DNA of 64,000 nucleotides from Bacteroidales bacterium (GTDB lineage: Bacteria > Bacteroidota > Bacteroidia > Bacteroidales > WCHB1-69): positions 2,336 through 66,335 of the forward strand of contig JAGCUN010000006.1 of NCBI GenBank assembly GCA_017962845.1, written 5' to 3'. The notes beneath the pieces are model-generated. The model was not told the DNA's origin, searched no databases, and saw nothing but the letters and a program-made list of their open reading frames with translations. Numbering within the stretch: the first letter of the stretch is position 1; each line of letters begins with the position of its first letter. Made by a program: the position numbers and the translations under genes. Shown one piece after another: positions 1 through 10,038 of this stretch.

Positions 1-837
1 CAACCGCGCCGCATTGAGGTTCGCCATGTTGTGCTTGCCGAAAATCTGCATCGGCACCTCACCACCAGCCGTCTGCAAATAGGTCACCCCATCGCGAATC
101 ACGTACGGATGTACCGTATAGGGCTCTTTTTTCACGCCCTGTATCTCCTCGCCTAACATCCGCACATTCTCATCATCATTGCAATAGATAAAGGCCTTGT
201 CGATCATCTTCGCGAAGGTGCGGAACGTGTCCACATACTCGGGAAAGGTCGGAAAAACATTGATATGATCCCACGCTATACCGCTGATAATGCCCACGTT
301 AGGCTTGTAAAGGTGAAACTTTGAACGGCGGTCGATCGGCGACGTGAGGTACTCGTCGCCCTCCATCACCATAATCTTCGCCTCGTGCGACAACTTCACC
401 ATCACCTCGAAACCGGCCAACTGTGCCCCCACCATGTAGTCGCAATCCACATGATGATACTGCAGCACATGCAGAATCATCGCCGTAATGGTGGTCTTGC
501 CATGACTGCCGCCCACCACAATACGGAGCTTATCCTTGCTCTGCTCGTACAGAAATTCGGGATAGGAATACACCCTGATACCCAGCTCGTTAGCACGAAT
601 CAGCTCAGGATTGTCCAAACGGGCGTGCATTCCCAAGATGACTGCATCGAGGTCGGGCGTAATTTTGTCGGGATTCCAGCCGATGGAGTCTGGAAGCAGT
701 CCATATTTCTCCAAACGGCCTTTGGCGGGATTGAAAATCTCGTCGTCGGAACCGGTAATGGTGTAACCTTTCTGGTGAAGGGCGATGGCCAGATTGTGCA
801 TGGCGCTGCCGCCGATGGCAATAAAATGTATTTTCAT
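1..837 (-). CDS. Mur ligase family protein (Mpl/MurC-like), 5' part; runs off window start
   Basis: Not in the ORF track because it is truncated. Manual translation from ATG at 837: MKIHFIAIGGSAMHNLAIALHQKGYTITGSDDEIF...VILGMHAR...VGGSHGKTTITAMI, i.e. a Rossmann GxGG motif plus the Mur-ligase GSHGKTT P-loop. Confidence 0.85.
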   Translation of the reverse strand, partial: MKIHFIAIGGSAMHNLAIALHQKGYTITGSDDEIFNPAKGRLEKYGLLPDSIGWNPDKITPDLDAVILGMHARLDNPELIRANELGIRVYSYPEFLYEQSKDKLRIVVGGSHGKTTITAMILHVLQYHHVDCDYMVGAQLAGFEVMVKLSHEAKIMVMEGDEYLTSPIDRRSKFHLYKPNVGIISGIAWDHINVFPTFPEYVDTFRTFAKMIDKAFIYCNDDENVRMLGEEIQGVKKEPYTVHPYVIRDGVTYLQTAGGEVPMQIFGKHNMANLNAARL

Positions 838-870
838 GATCGGATTATTTAGCAATGATAAAATAAAAAA

Positions 871-1305
871 TTAATGGATGCCGGAACTGCCGAAGCCGCC
901 CGCACCACGCTCAGTGTCAGATAGTTCCGCAACCTCTTCCCACTCCACTACCTCGTGGCGCGCCACCACCATCTGGGCGATGCGGTCGCCGGGCTGAATG
1001 GTAAACGGCTCTTTCGACAGGTTGACCAGCCCCACTTTCACCTCGCCACGATAGTCAGCATCGATGGTGCCGGGCGAGTTGATGACAGTGATGCCGCTCT
1101 TGATGGCCAGACCGCTACGGGGACGCACCTGCGCCTCGAAACCGGCCGGCAGCTCAATGAAAATGCCGGTGGGAACCATAGCTCTCTCCAAGGAACTCAA
1201 CGTGATGGGTTCAGTAAGGTCAGCGCGCAAGTCCATACCCGCCGACAATGCAGTGGAGTACGACGGCAACGCATTTCCAGAACGATTGACAATTCTACAC
1301 TTCAT
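871..1305 (-). CDS. dut: dUTP diphosphatase
   Basis: All five dUTPase motifs: [35 protein letters not shown]. Confidence 0.97.
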   Translation of the reverse strand: MKCRIVNRSGNALPSYSTALSAGMDLRADLTEPITLSSLERAMVPTGIFIELPAGFEAQVRPRSGLAIKSGITVINSPGTIDADYRGEVKVGLVNLSKEPFTIQPGDRIAQMVVARHEVVEWEEVAELSDTERGAGGFGSSGIH

Positions 1306-1321
1306 ATCGTTATTTTTTTTG

Positions 1322-1329
1322 CAAAAGTA
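1322..1329 (-). promoter_or_regulatory. Bacteroidota sigma-A -7 box (TACTTTTG) for dut
   Basis: TAnnTTTG consensus just upstream of the ATG in an AT-rich tract. Confidence 0.7.
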
Positions 1330-1456
1330 ATAATTTTCTCCGAAAATTCACCTTCTTCATTAAGAAAAAAATCAAGAAACACTACTTTATAATTCTTAAC
1401 TCTCGTTCGCGCCGATTTCTTCACGCCTCCATTTGCAAGGCGGCCAGAGATACGGA

Positions 1457-1602
1457 CTCGTCCCGAAGGGACGAAATCTTAGTAACCCCAGACTAGTCCG
1501 CGATTAGCGGACGCAGTCTGGGGAGCGATGCCGCCGCGCACATCCCGCGGCACACTGACAGAACAATAGAACCTGACGATGGGTATGCCGCGGAAAAACG
1601 GG
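1457..1602. repeat. Structured intergenic repeat, copy 1 (~146 bp, three hairpins)
   Basis: About 87% identical by manual alignment to 7231-7377. Stems: TCGTCCC-GAA-GGGACGA; CCCCAGACT..GTCCGC-GATTA-GCGGAC..AGTCTGGGG; CCGCGGCA...TGCCGCGG. Confidence 0.9.
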
Positions 1603-1632
1603 AAGGATGCCAAGAACCGTTAGAAAAAACGA

Positions 1633-2349
1633 CTATTCGCTCAGCAGCTGCGACAAAATCTCCACCGACTCGATTTTACCAATCTGACTGTTATGTTCCT
1701 CAAAATACCGCAACAGTCCATACATCAGCTCATTACGAACAACCTTGGGCGGCATAACCGAAACATCTTCCTCATTCATCAGCTGCCACAGATAGGCAGA
1801 GGCGTCGCGGCTCAGGAAGTTCGGATACTCGAAATACTCATGCACGAAGCACGACTCGTCGATGGAAAAAATGGAGTTGTAGTCCGAATAATTGGTGGCG
1901 GGAAAGATGCCCATCTCGTGAGCGAGGCGCACCATGAAACGCAGGTGGATATCGGTGAGCTGCGCCGTCTCATCATCCAATTCCCACAAAGCTTTTTCCA
2001 CAAAATCGTACAAGGCAGCATCCGCCCGAAACTCTCTTAATATTTTATAAATCAATTCATTATAAAAGATAAAAAGCGTACGCCGAACAAAATCAAACGG
2101 AATCAGCTGGTAGGTATATCGGAGGTTGATTTCCCGAAAATACTTGATGTTTTGTCCTTTGTCGTCGAAAACCACCTCTACCATCGAGAGGTTCTCCAGC
2201 AGGGCCATCGTGCCGCGCCGCTGCTTTGAGTAGGCACCCTTCACGATAAACGACTGTACGCCCGCCTCCCGCGTGAAGATGTTGACAATCACGCTGTTCT
2301 CGGAATACTTTGTCTTATGCAGAACGATGCCGCTGGTCTTGATTTGCAT
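1633..2349 (-). CDS. recO: DNA repair protein RecO
   Basis: N-terminal KTSGIVLHKTKYSENSVIVNIFTREAG..IVKGA, typical of the Bacteroidota RecO OB domain; 238 aa. Confidence 0.9.
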   Translation of the reverse strand: MQIKTSGIVLHKTKYSENSVIVNIFTREAGVQSFIVKGAYSKQRRGTMALLENLSMVEVVFDDKGQNIKYFREINLRYTYQLIPFDFVRRTLFIFYNELIYKILREFRADAALYDFVEKALWELDDETAQLTDIHLRFMVRLAHEMGIFPATNYSDYNSIFSIDESCFVHEYFEYPNFLSRDASAYLWQLMNEEDVSVMPPKVVRNELMYGLLRYFEEHNSQIGKIESVEILSQLLSE

Positions 2350-2396
2350 AGGGTTTTCAACAGAAAATGGGTGCCGGACTACCCTTCCCGACAGAT

Positions 2397-2433
2397 AAAA
2401 GAAAGGCCTGCCGCCCCGAAAGGCAGCCAGGCC
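2397..2433 (-). terminator. Intrinsic terminator after rpsJ
   Basis: Minus strand GGCCT-G-GCTGCCT-TTCG-GGGCGGC-AGGCC followed by TTTCTTTT. Confidence 0.8.
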
Positions 2434-2457
2434 AACGCATTATGAAAATGATAAAGA

Positions 2458-2772
2458 TTACGCTTTGATCTCAACTTCCACACCGCTGGGGAGCTCGAGA
2501 CGCATGAGAGCGTCTATGGTCTTGCTGGTGGGACCATAGATGTCGAGGAGTCTCTTGTAGGTGGAGAGCTCGAACTGCTCGCGTGATTTCTTGTTCACGA
2601 AGGTGGAGCGGTTCACGGTAAAGATTTTCTTGTGGGTCGGAAGCGGGATGGGACCAACGAGCACCACTTTGTCGTCCTTGTCAGCCTTGATGGTGTGGAC
2701 GATTTTTTCAGCTGATTTGTCAACCAGATTGTGGTCGAAAGATTTCAGTTTGATTCTAATTTTTTCTGCCAT
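2458..2772 (-). CDS. rpsJ: 30S ribosomal protein S10 (uS10/NusE)
   Basis: [11 protein letters not shown]...GPIPLPT...[10 protein letters not shown]...RLLDI. Confidence 0.98.
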   Translation of the reverse strand: MAEKIRIKLKSFDHNLVDKSAEKIVHTIKADKDDKVVLVGPIPLPTHKKIFTVNRSTFVNKKSREQFELSTYKRLLDIYGPTSKTIDALMRLELPSGVEVEIKA

Positions 2773-2819
2773 TTTTTTAATTGTTTGTTATTTTACAAAT
2801 ATTTGATTTTCAATAATTT

Positions 2820-4919
2820 CTATAATAATGCAAAACGTCCCACATTCATGATATGATCTTGAATATCCTGCGGGACGGGTTCATATTTGAAGAATTCCAT
2901 ACTGTAGTTGGCGCGGCCGGAGGTAATGGAGCGCAGGGTGGTGACGTAACCGAACATCTCGGCGAGCGGCACCTGAGCCTTGATGATCTGAAGACCGATC
3001 TGGGCATCAATCTGCTCCACGATGGCGCGGCGGCGGTTGAGGTCGCCGGTCACATTGCCGATATACTCGTCGGGAGTAACCACTTCGATCTTCATGATGG
3101 GTTCCAGAATGATGGAGGGCACCTCACGACATGCGTCGCGGAAGCCAATCTTGGCACAGATTTCGAAGGCCATCACGTCTGAATCCACACTGTGGAAGCT
3201 GCCGTCCAACACCGTAACCTTCAGGTTTTCAAGCGGAAAGCCCGCCATCACGCCGTTGGTCATAGCTTGTTTGAAGCCCTTTTCGATGCCGGGGATAAAC
3301 TCCCGGGCGATGGCGCTTGCCAGCGACTTGTTCTCGAACACCAGTCCGTGCTGATCCATCGGCAGCGGTTCAAGCTGGAAGTCGATGTCGGCGTAGGAGC
3401 CCTTGCCGCCGGTCTGTTTTTTATAGACGGTGCGATGGCGCACACTCTGGAGGATCTCCTCCTTGTAGGCCACGCGGGGCTTGCCGTGGTTGCATTCCAC
3501 GTTGAACTCGCGTTTGAGGCGGTCGAGCAGGATTTCGAGGTGCAGCTCGCCCATACCGCTGATGACCGTCTGTCCGGAGTTCTCATCCACGCGCACGGTG
3601 AAGGTCGGGTCCTCCTCGGCGAGGCGGGCCAGCGCATTCATCAGCTTGTCCTCATCGTCCTTGGTCTTTGGCTCCACGGCCACCGTGATGACGGGTTCGG
3701 GGAACTCAATGTTTTCCAACGAGATAGGATGTCTTTCGTCGGTGAGACTGTCGCCGGTATGAATCTCCTTCATGCCTACGAGGGCGACGATGTTGCCGGC
3801 CTCCACGCTCTCCAACTGCTGTTGTTTGTTGGAGTGCATGAGCAGGATCTTGGCGACGCGCTCGCGTTTGCCGGTGGCCACGTTCCAGACGGTTGCGCCG
3901 GCCTGGAGGGTGCCGGAATATACTTTGATGAAGGTGAGTTTGCCGACATACGGGTCGGTGGCGATTTTGAAGGCGAGGGCTGAGAACGGCGCTTTGGGAT
4001 CGCACTCGCGGGTCTCTTCCTTTTCGGTTTTGGGGTTGATGCCCGTGATGGCGGGAATGTCGGCCGGTGAGGGCAGATATTCCACCACTGCGTCGATGAG
4101 TTTCTGCACGCCCTTGTTCTTGAACGACGAGCCGCAAAGCACGGGTTGGATCTTGCGATCAATCGTGGCTTTGCGGATGATCGGTATCAGCTCTTCGGCG
4201 GTGATGCTGTCGGCGTCGTCGAGGTACTTCATGGCGAGGTCGTCGTCGAACTCAGAGAGTTTGTCGAGCATCTTGTCGCGATACTCGGCGGCCTCTTCCA
4301 TCATATCCTCGGGGATGTCGTAAGCCTCGTAGGTCACGCCCTGGTCCTCGTCGCTCCACACATAAGCCTTCATCTCGAGCAGGTCGATGATGCCGGAGAA
4401 CTCGTCCTCGGCTCCGATGGGGATGGCGAGGATGACGGGGTTGCCGTCGAGTTTCTCCTTGATCTGGCTGACAGCGGAGTAGAAGTTGGCGCCGGAGCGG
4501 TCCATCTTGTTGATGTAGCAGATACGGGGCACGTGGTACTTGTTGGCCTGGCGCCACACCGTTTCCGACTGCGGCTGCACGCCGCCTACGGCGCAGAAAA
4601 TGGCGACGGCCCCGTCGAGAATGCGGAGGGAGCGTTCCACTTCCACCGTAAAGTCCACGTGGCCGGGGGTGTCGATGATGTTGATTTTGTACTCCTCGTT
4701 GAGGTGTTTCCATAAAACGGTAGTGGCGGCGCTGGTAATGGTGATTCCTCGCTCTTGCTCTTGAACCATCCAGTCCATCGTCGCCGTTCCCTCATCGACT
4801 TCGCCGATTTTGTAGCTTTTACCCGTATAGAAAAGGATACGTTCAGTCGTAGTGGTCTTACCGGCGTCGATGTGCGCCATAATACCGATGTTTCGAATAT
4901 TCGATAAGTTTTCCGACAT
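2820..4919 (-). CDS. fusA: Elongation factor G
   Basis: [25 protein letters not shown] and GMGELHL motifs; located between rpsG and rpsJ. Confidence 0.97.
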   Translation of the reverse strand: MSENLSNIRNIGIMAHIDAGKTTTTERILFYTGKSYKIGEVDEGTATMDWMVQEQERGITITSAATTVLWKHLNEEYKINIIDTPGHVDFTVEVERSLRILDGAVAIFCAVGGVQPQSETVWRQANKYHVPRICYINKMDRSGANFYSAVSQIKEKLDGNPVILAIPIGAEDEFSGIIDLLEMKAYVWSDEDQGVTYEAYDIPEDMMEEAAEYRDKMLDKLSEFDDDLAMKYLDDADSITAEELIPIIRKATIDRKIQPVLCGSSFKNKGVQKLIDAVVEYLPSPADIPAITGINPKTEKEETRECDPKAPFSALAFKIATDPYVGKLTFIKVYSGTLQAGATVWNVATGKRERVAKILLMHSNKQQQLESVEAGNIVALVGMKEIHTGDSLTDERHPISLENIEFPEPVITVAVEPKTKDDEDKLMNALARLAEEDPTFTVRVDENSGQTVISGMGELHLEILLDRLKREFNVECNHGKPRVAYKEEILQSVRHRTVYKKQTGGKGSYADIDFQLEPLPMDQHGLVFENKSLASAIAREFIPGIEKGFKQAMTNGVMAGFPLENLKVTVLDGSFHSVDSDVMAFEICAKIGFRDACREVPSIILEPIMKIEVVTPDEYIGNVTGDLNRRRAIVEQIDAQIGLQIIKAQVPLAEMFGYVTTLRSITSGRANYSMEFFKYEPVPQDIQDHIMNVGRFALL

Positions 4920-4972
4920 AAAAGATCCTTTTTTTACCTTGAATAAGGTGTGGGTGGGGGTATCAACAAAGA

Positions 4973-5440
4973 TTAAAATCTGAAGTGTGAGAATGCCTTG
5001 TTGGCTTCAGCCATTCTGTGGGTATCCTCTTTACGTTTGAATGCTTGTCCTTCTTCGTTCTTAGCTGCGATAATTTCTGCTGCCAACTTAGCCGCCATAG
5101 ATTTCTCGTGACGTTTACGGGCGAAGTTGATCAGGTTCTTCATGCCGACGGATTGTTTACGAGCCGGACGGAGTTCAGTAGGAATCTGGAAGGTGGCACC
5201 ACCGATTCTCTTACTTTTGACCTCCAAAGAAGGAGTTACATTGGCGAGGGCTTGTTTCCAAACCTCGATACCGTTTTCTTTGGTTTTCTCCTCAACGATG
5301 TCGATAGCATCGTAGAAGATCTGGAAAGCGGTCTGTTTTTTGCCTTTCAACATGATGTTGTTGGCGAACTTGGTCACCATAACATCATTGAATTTAGGAT
5401 CCGGAAGGATTATTCTGGCTTTTGGTTTTGCTTTTCTCAT
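4973..5440 (-). CDS. rpsG: 30S ribosomal protein S7
   Basis: PDPKF...[10 protein letters not shown]...[15 protein letters not shown]. Confidence 0.98.
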   Translation of the reverse strand: MRKAKPKARIILPDPKFNDVMVTKFANNIMLKGKKQTAFQIFYDAIDIVEEKTKENGIEVWKQALANVTPSLEVKSKRIGGATFQIPTELRPARKQSVGMKNLINFARKRHEKSMAAKLAAEIIAAKNEEGQAFKRKEDTHRMAEANKAFSHFRF

Positions 5441-5535
5441 AGTCTTGTAGCTTCAATAAATGATTAAAAATTTACTTACTCTCGGCACACCCATTTTGGT
5501 GCCCAATTTACTCGTACTATTTTATATATTCAGTA

Positions 5536-5916
5536 CTAAGCTTTTTTCTTCGGACGCTTGGCGCCATATTTAGAACGACCTTGGAGACGGCCTTCCACGC
5601 CGGCGGAGTCCAAAGCACCGCGCACGATGTGATATCTCACACCCGGGAGGTCCTTCACACGGCCGCCGCGCACGAGCACGATGGAGTGTTCCTGAAGGTT
5701 GTGGCCCTCGCCCGGAATGTAGGCGTTCACCTCTTTCTGGTTCTGTAAACGAACTCTCGCTACTTTACGCATAGCTGAGTTAGGTTTTTTAGGCGTCGTG
5801 GTGTAAACTCTGAGGCAAACACCGCGCTTCTGCGGACATGCGTCCAAAGCCTTTGACTTGCTCTGGGAAGTGATCTTTTTTCTTCCCTTTCTTACTAATT
5901 GCTGAATTGTCGGCAT
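5536..5916 (-). CDS. rpsL: 30S ribosomal protein S12
   Basis: [12 protein letters not shown]...PKKPNSA...[10 protein letters not shown]. Confidence 0.99.
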   Translation of the reverse strand: MPTIQQLVRKGRKKITSQSKSKALDACPQKRGVCLRVYTTTPKKPNSAMRKVARVRLQNQKEVNAYIPGEGHNLQEHSIVLVRGGRVKDLPGVRYHIVRGALDSAGVEGRLQGRSKYGAKRPKKKA

Positions 5917-5976
5917 ACTTGAATTTGATTAATACTTGATTTTTTGTTGTTTATAAACGTCCAAAATTTGAGGCTG

Positions 5977-5984
5977 CAAAATTA
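5977..5984 (-). promoter_or_regulatory. -7 box (TAATTTTG) of the str operon
   Basis: TAnnTTTG consensus about 60 bp upstream of rpsL. Confidence 0.75.
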
Positions 5985-6190
5985 CAACTTTTTTTTATTC
6001 TGACAGTCAGTGCATTAATTTTTTTCACATTTTTTTGTGATAATGATAAAGTGGTGATTATTAATGGAATGAGAGATTTATTAAAATTTGAAAAAAATCT
6101 CAACCAGTCAAATTCTGGATAGTAAAATATAATTGAGGTAATTTTCTGTACGAAAATTTGCTACTTTAGTATTTCTTGAAAGGGATTCCC

Positions 6191-7123
6191 CTACTGTTCT
6201 CCCCGTCGGTCGTGCTGCCACAGCTGGAAACTGTTGTACAGATTCTGCCACACGGCATACGCAGCGGGGAAGATGGCCGCCAGCGGCTGCAAGTACATGC
6301 CCGCCATCCAGATGGCCAATGCCGTGTTGCGCTGTCCGAGCCCCTGTCCGCCCGCGATGCGGTCGCCATAACGCCGCCCGATGAGACGCCCCACACCAAA
6401 CTGCACCGCACACCCCACCAGCGAGGCCACCGACAGCCATATAATGCTGTGCCAATTGCCCTTGCCATGCAAGAATATGAAATCGATGGTCTGCCCGATG
6501 GTGACCATCAGCGCGGCGGCCCACAGGTAAAATGACCAGCCTTTGAAACGGGCGACAAAATCGTTGACCTTGGGCGCCAGCCATTGCAGCAGAATAACGA
6601 TGACCAGCGGCAGCAGGATGGTGGGACCAATCTTGGCAAATACCATCAGAAACGACTGGTGGAACGGCAGATCTACCTGCGTGCCGATGAACGAGAAATA
6701 AAGCGGAGCCAGCAGTGCGATGGCAAAGTTGCCGACCAAACTATAAGCGGTGATGGTGCCACGGTCGGCGCCCAGCATGCAGGCCACCACCACCACCGAT
6801 GCCGCCACCGGACTCAGCACACCGATGAGCACGCCCTGCGCCAGCAGCTCGTCGAACGGCCGCAGGGCGAGGTAGCCGCCCAGACTTACCACCGCCTGAA
6901 AGAGCAGCATCCAGCCGTGCATGGGCGACAGCCGCAGCTTGCGGATCTCCACCGCGCTGAAGTTGAGGAAGAGGATGATAAAGAGCAAAAAGGGCACCAC
7001 CGGCCGCATCATCGCCAGCCAATGGTGGAAGAAAAGTCCGACCACAATGGCCACAGGAAGCACCAAACTTCTGTATTTCTGCATATTATCGTAATTATCA
7101 CGGAACCACTTCCCCACCCTCAT
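6191..7123 (-). CDS. Bile acid:sodium symporter (BASS/SBF)-like membrane transporter
   Basis: About 9-10 hydrophobic segments and a GQRNTALAIW motif. Start moved to ATG 7123 (alternative 7084) because a TAATTTTG box lies at 7154-7161. Confidence 0.75.
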   Translation of the reverse strand: MRVGKWFRDNYDNMQKYRSLVLPVAIVVGLFFHHWLAMMRPVVPFLLFIILFLNFSAVEIRKLRLSPMHGWMLLFQAVVSLGGYLALRPFDELLAQGVLIGVLSPVAASVVVVACMLGADRGTITAYSLVGNFAIALLAPLYFSFIGTQVDLPFHQSFLMVFAKIGPTILLPLVIVILLQWLAPKVNDFVARFKGWSFYLWAAALMVTIGQTIDFIFLHGKGNWHSIIWLSVASLVGCAVQFGVGRLIGRRYGDRIAGGQGLGQRNTALAIWMAGMYLQPLAAIFPAAYAVWQNLYNSFQLWQHDRRGEQ

Positions 7124-7230
7124 ATCGCCGACAGGCTCCTCTGAAAACGGCGGCAAAATTACGGAATTAAACTGAAAATAATGTCTATTTTCTTTGCAGC
7201 TGCACAAAGAAAATAGACGAAAAGAACGAC

Positions 7231-7377
7231 CTCGTCCCGAAGGGACGAAATCTCAGTAACCCCAGACTAGTCCGCGAATAGCGGACGCAGTCCGGGGTAC
7301 GAGGCCGTTGCGCACATCCCCGCGGCACGCAGACAGGAGGCTAGAACCTGACGGCGGGTTTGCCGCGGAAGAACGGG
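7231..7377. repeat. Structured intergenic repeat, copy 2
   Basis: Direct repeat of 1457-1602 with about 18 substitutions and 1 indel, mostly in loops and linkers. Confidence 0.9.
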
Positions 7378-7475
7378 CGGGAAGATAGAAGATGTCAAAA
7401 TGTTGCTTTTCTAAAAATAATGCTTTTAGAAACAAATTCCCACAAAAAAATACTACTTTTGCAAAAAATTTCAAG

Positions 7476-7964
7476 ATGGAAAACAGCCAGAACGACAATC
7501 TCGAAAACGCCCCCACCCTCAACGCCCACAACAAGGAGGAGTTTCCGCCTGCCCATACCGCCGAGCACCTGCTCAACCAGACCATGGGACGGCTGTACGG
7601 CTGCGAACGGAGCCGCAACAGTCACATCGAACGCAAAAAAAGCAAGATTAACTTCCTCATCGACCGGCCGCTCACCCAAGAGGAGGTGGCCGACATTGAG
7701 CGGCGCATCAACGAGCTCATACAGGCCGACCTGCCCGTCACCTACGAGTTGGTGACCCGCGACAACATCCCCGCCGGTGTCACCCTCGCCAAACTGCCCG
7801 ACAACGCCAGCGACACCCTCCGCATCGTGCGCATCGGTGACTACGACATCTGCGCCTGCCTCGGCACACACGTAAAATCCACCCGCGAGATCGGCAACTT
7901 CCGCATCACCAGCACCAGCTTCAACGAAGGAAGTTTTCGCATTGTGTATAAAGTAGCTGAATAA
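7476..7964 (+). CDS. Free-standing alanyl-tRNA editing protein (AlaX-like, tRNA_SAD domain)
   Basis: HTAEH (HxxxH) and CLGTH (CxxxH) zinc motifs. ATG 7476 follows a TACTTTTG box at 7454-7461. Confidence 0.85.
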   Translation: MENSQNDNLENAPTLNAHNKEEFPPAHTAEHLLNQTMGRLYGCERSRNSHIERKKSKINFLIDRPLTQEEVADIERRINELIQADLPVTYELVTRDNIPAGVTLAKLPDNASDTLRIVRIGDYDICACLGTHVKSTREIGNFRITSTSFNEGSFRIVYKVAE

Positions 7965-7996
7965 TTTTTTGTAATTTTGCAGCCTGTTTTTTCACT

Positions 7997-8449
7997 ATGA
8001 GTCTGTCGCGTAAAATTTCATGCCTGCTGATCACCGTTGCCTTCCTGCTGACGATGGTGCATTCCATCGTGCCGCACCACCACCACGGCGATATCGTGTG
8101 CTTCGGCATGACCTGCCAACACGAACAGGACTGCGACCATGACCAAGACGGCTGCGACTGTGCCACCTGCGGCTGCCACCACGGTCATCACCCCCTTCAT
8201 AGTGAAGACAACTGCGTGCTCAACATGCCTTATATCCTCATCCACAGCCATATAGACTTGTCTCCTGAGGATAACGCAAGCAGCATTTTTTTGGCACACC
8301 TCACCGATGCCATTCTTTCCGACCTATCCACTTCCCTATCGGCACCTGCCACGGGAAGCCTGATTTTCAACTGCACCGACCTGCCCGTGCTGAATCTGAC
8401 AGACGGGTGTATTGTGTCCCACCGTGGACCTCCGGCTGTAATGGCATAA
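7997..8449 (+). CDS. His/Cys-rich exported leader protein (DUF6769/DUF2946-like) ending in RGPP
   Basis: Hydrophobic N-terminus, PHHHH, CQHEQDCDHDQDGCDCATCGCHHGHH and C-terminal HRGPPAVMA. First gene after a TAATTTTG box at 7972-7979. Confidence 0.75.
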   Translation: MSLSRKISCLLITVAFLLTMVHSIVPHHHHGDIVCFGMTCQHEQDCDHDQDGCDCATCGCHHGHHPLHSEDNCVLNMPYILIHSHIDLSPEDNASSIFLAHLTDAILSDLSTSLSAPATGSLIFNCTDLPVLNLTDGCIVSHRGPPAVMA

Positions 8450-8502
8450 CAGAAACAGTCTGAAAATCAACATTTTTCCAAAACATTTTTTTCTTTTTTG
8501 AA

Positions 8503-10023
8503 ATGAAAAAGACATTATTATATATAGTGTCGGCAGGTCTGATGTTAGCATTAGGGGCTTGCCACCACGATCATCACGATGATGAAGAACATGAGCATGA
8601 ACATCATGGTCATGGCATTACGCTGGCACTCACCGCGTACAATTCTGATTATGAGATTTTTGCAGATGCCACTCCCCTATCGGCTGGACATCAGAGCGAG
8701 CTCATCACCCATGTTACCCGCCTCGCGGATTTCAAACCGCTGAAGTCCGGCTCGCTGACCGCCACGCTTTCGGTAGGCGGCAAGAGTGTGACCGCCACCG
8801 CCGACGCGCCTGAAGAGGCAGGCATCTTCCACCTGCATCTCACCCCGCCCACAGCCGGCACAGGCACCCTCACCTTCACCCTGCACACGGCCGACAGCAC
8901 CGCCACGCTCGTTGTAAACGATGTAACCGTCTATTCCTCAGAGGATAAAGCCCTCCACGAGGCCGACGAGCTGATTGACGAACACCCCAACGCCATCACT
9001 TTCACGAAAGAGCAGTCATGGCAGGTGGATTTCGCCACCGGCTGCGCACAATGGCGGCCTATCGGACAGAGCATTCCCACCACCGCACAGGTGCAGCCCA
9101 CCCAAGGGAACCAGATGCGGGTGGTGGCCAAGTCGAACGGCGTGTTCCACTACCACTCCACTAACTTCTTAGCCGGACAGCAGGTGCGCAACGGCGAAAC
9201 CATCGGCAGCGTGCTCACCGACGGCTTGGTGGATGACAACCTGTCGGTGCGTCTCAGCGAGGCCCGCACCAACTACGAGACTGCCAAGGCCAACTACGAG
9301 CGCGCCAAAGGCTTGGTGGACAGCAAAATCGTTTCACAGAAAGAGTTTTCGGAACTGAAAGCAGCCTACGAGAATGCAAAGTCCATTTACGAAAACCTAC
9401 AAAAGAACGTGAGCGGCAACGGCAGCACCGTCACCGCACCGATGAGCGGCTACGTGACCGAGATTTTAGTGGCCAACGGCGACTATGTAACGGTAGGTCA
9501 GCCCATAGCGGTGGTGTCCGACACCCGCAGTCTGGTGCTGCAGGCCGGAGTGGCACAGCGCTATGCCGCATGGCTGCCCAGCGTGACCGATGCCGCCATC
9601 GAAAATCCCATCACCCACGAAATCAGCACACTGACGGAGATGAACGGCCGTATCCTATCCTACGGCAAGTCGCTGGGCACGGGCAGCCATCTGCTGCCTG
9701 TCACGCTCGAAATCAGCAATATGAGTGGCTTCACGCCGGGCGGCTTCGTCAACATATGGCTGAACACGCAAGGCACCGAACCGACCGTGGTCATCCCCAA
9801 GAGCGCGCTCTTAGAGGAGCAAGGCAACTACTTTGTTTTCAAGCAGTTCACTCCAGAAAAATTTGAAAAGCAACCCGTCAGTATCGGTGCTTCCGACGGC
9901 AAATACGTGGAAGTGATTTCGGGATTGGATGCCCATGAGCGCATTGTAACCCGAGGTGCCGTACTGGTGAAACTCGCCAAGGCCAGCGGCGCTCTCGACC
10001 CACACGCCGGTCATGTGCATTAA
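8503..10023 (+). CDS. RND efflux periplasmic adaptor (CzcB/CusB-like lipoprotein) with His-rich termini
   Basis: Lipobox LGAC then HHDHHDDEEHEHEHHGH; MFP hairpin and lipoyl motifs (APMSGYV..V.NGDYV..GQPI); C-terminal HAGHVH. Confidence 0.9.
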   Translation: MKKTLLYIVSAGLMLALGACHHDHHDDEEHEHEHHGHGITLALTAYNSDYEIFADATPLSAGHQSELITHVTRLADFKPLKSGSLTATLSVGGKSVTATADAPEEAGIFHLHLTPPTAGTGTLTFTLHTADSTATLVVNDVTVYSSEDKALHEADELIDEHPNAITFTKEQSWQVDFATGCAQWRPIGQSIPTTAQVQPTQGNQMRVVAKSNGVFHYHSTNFLAGQQVRNGETIGSVLTDGLVDDNLSVRLSEARTNYETAKANYERAKGLVDSKIVSQKEFSELKAAYENAKSIYENLQKNVSGNGSTVTAPMSGYVTEILVANGDYVTVGQPIAVVSDTRSLVLQAGVAQRYAAWLPSVTDAAIENPITHEISTLTEMNGRILSYGKSLGTGSHLLPVTLEISNMSGFTPGGFVNIWLNTQGTEPTVVIPKSALLEEQGNYFVFKQFTPEKFEKQPVSIGASDGKYVEVISGLDAHERIVTRGAVLVKLAKASGALDPHAGHVH

Positions 10024-10038
10024 TAAAATAGGAAAGCC

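Noticed and set aside
1455-1480. Hammerhead ribozyme: GTCCC-GAA-GGGAC-GAAA resembles stem II plus GAAA
   Set aside because: The required CUGANGA is not 5' of the stem in either copy. CTGACGA occurs only far downstream and is CTGACGG in copy 2.
5536-5916. Streptomycin-resistance allele of rpsL
   Set aside because: The PKKPNSA and RVKDLPG motifs are wild type.
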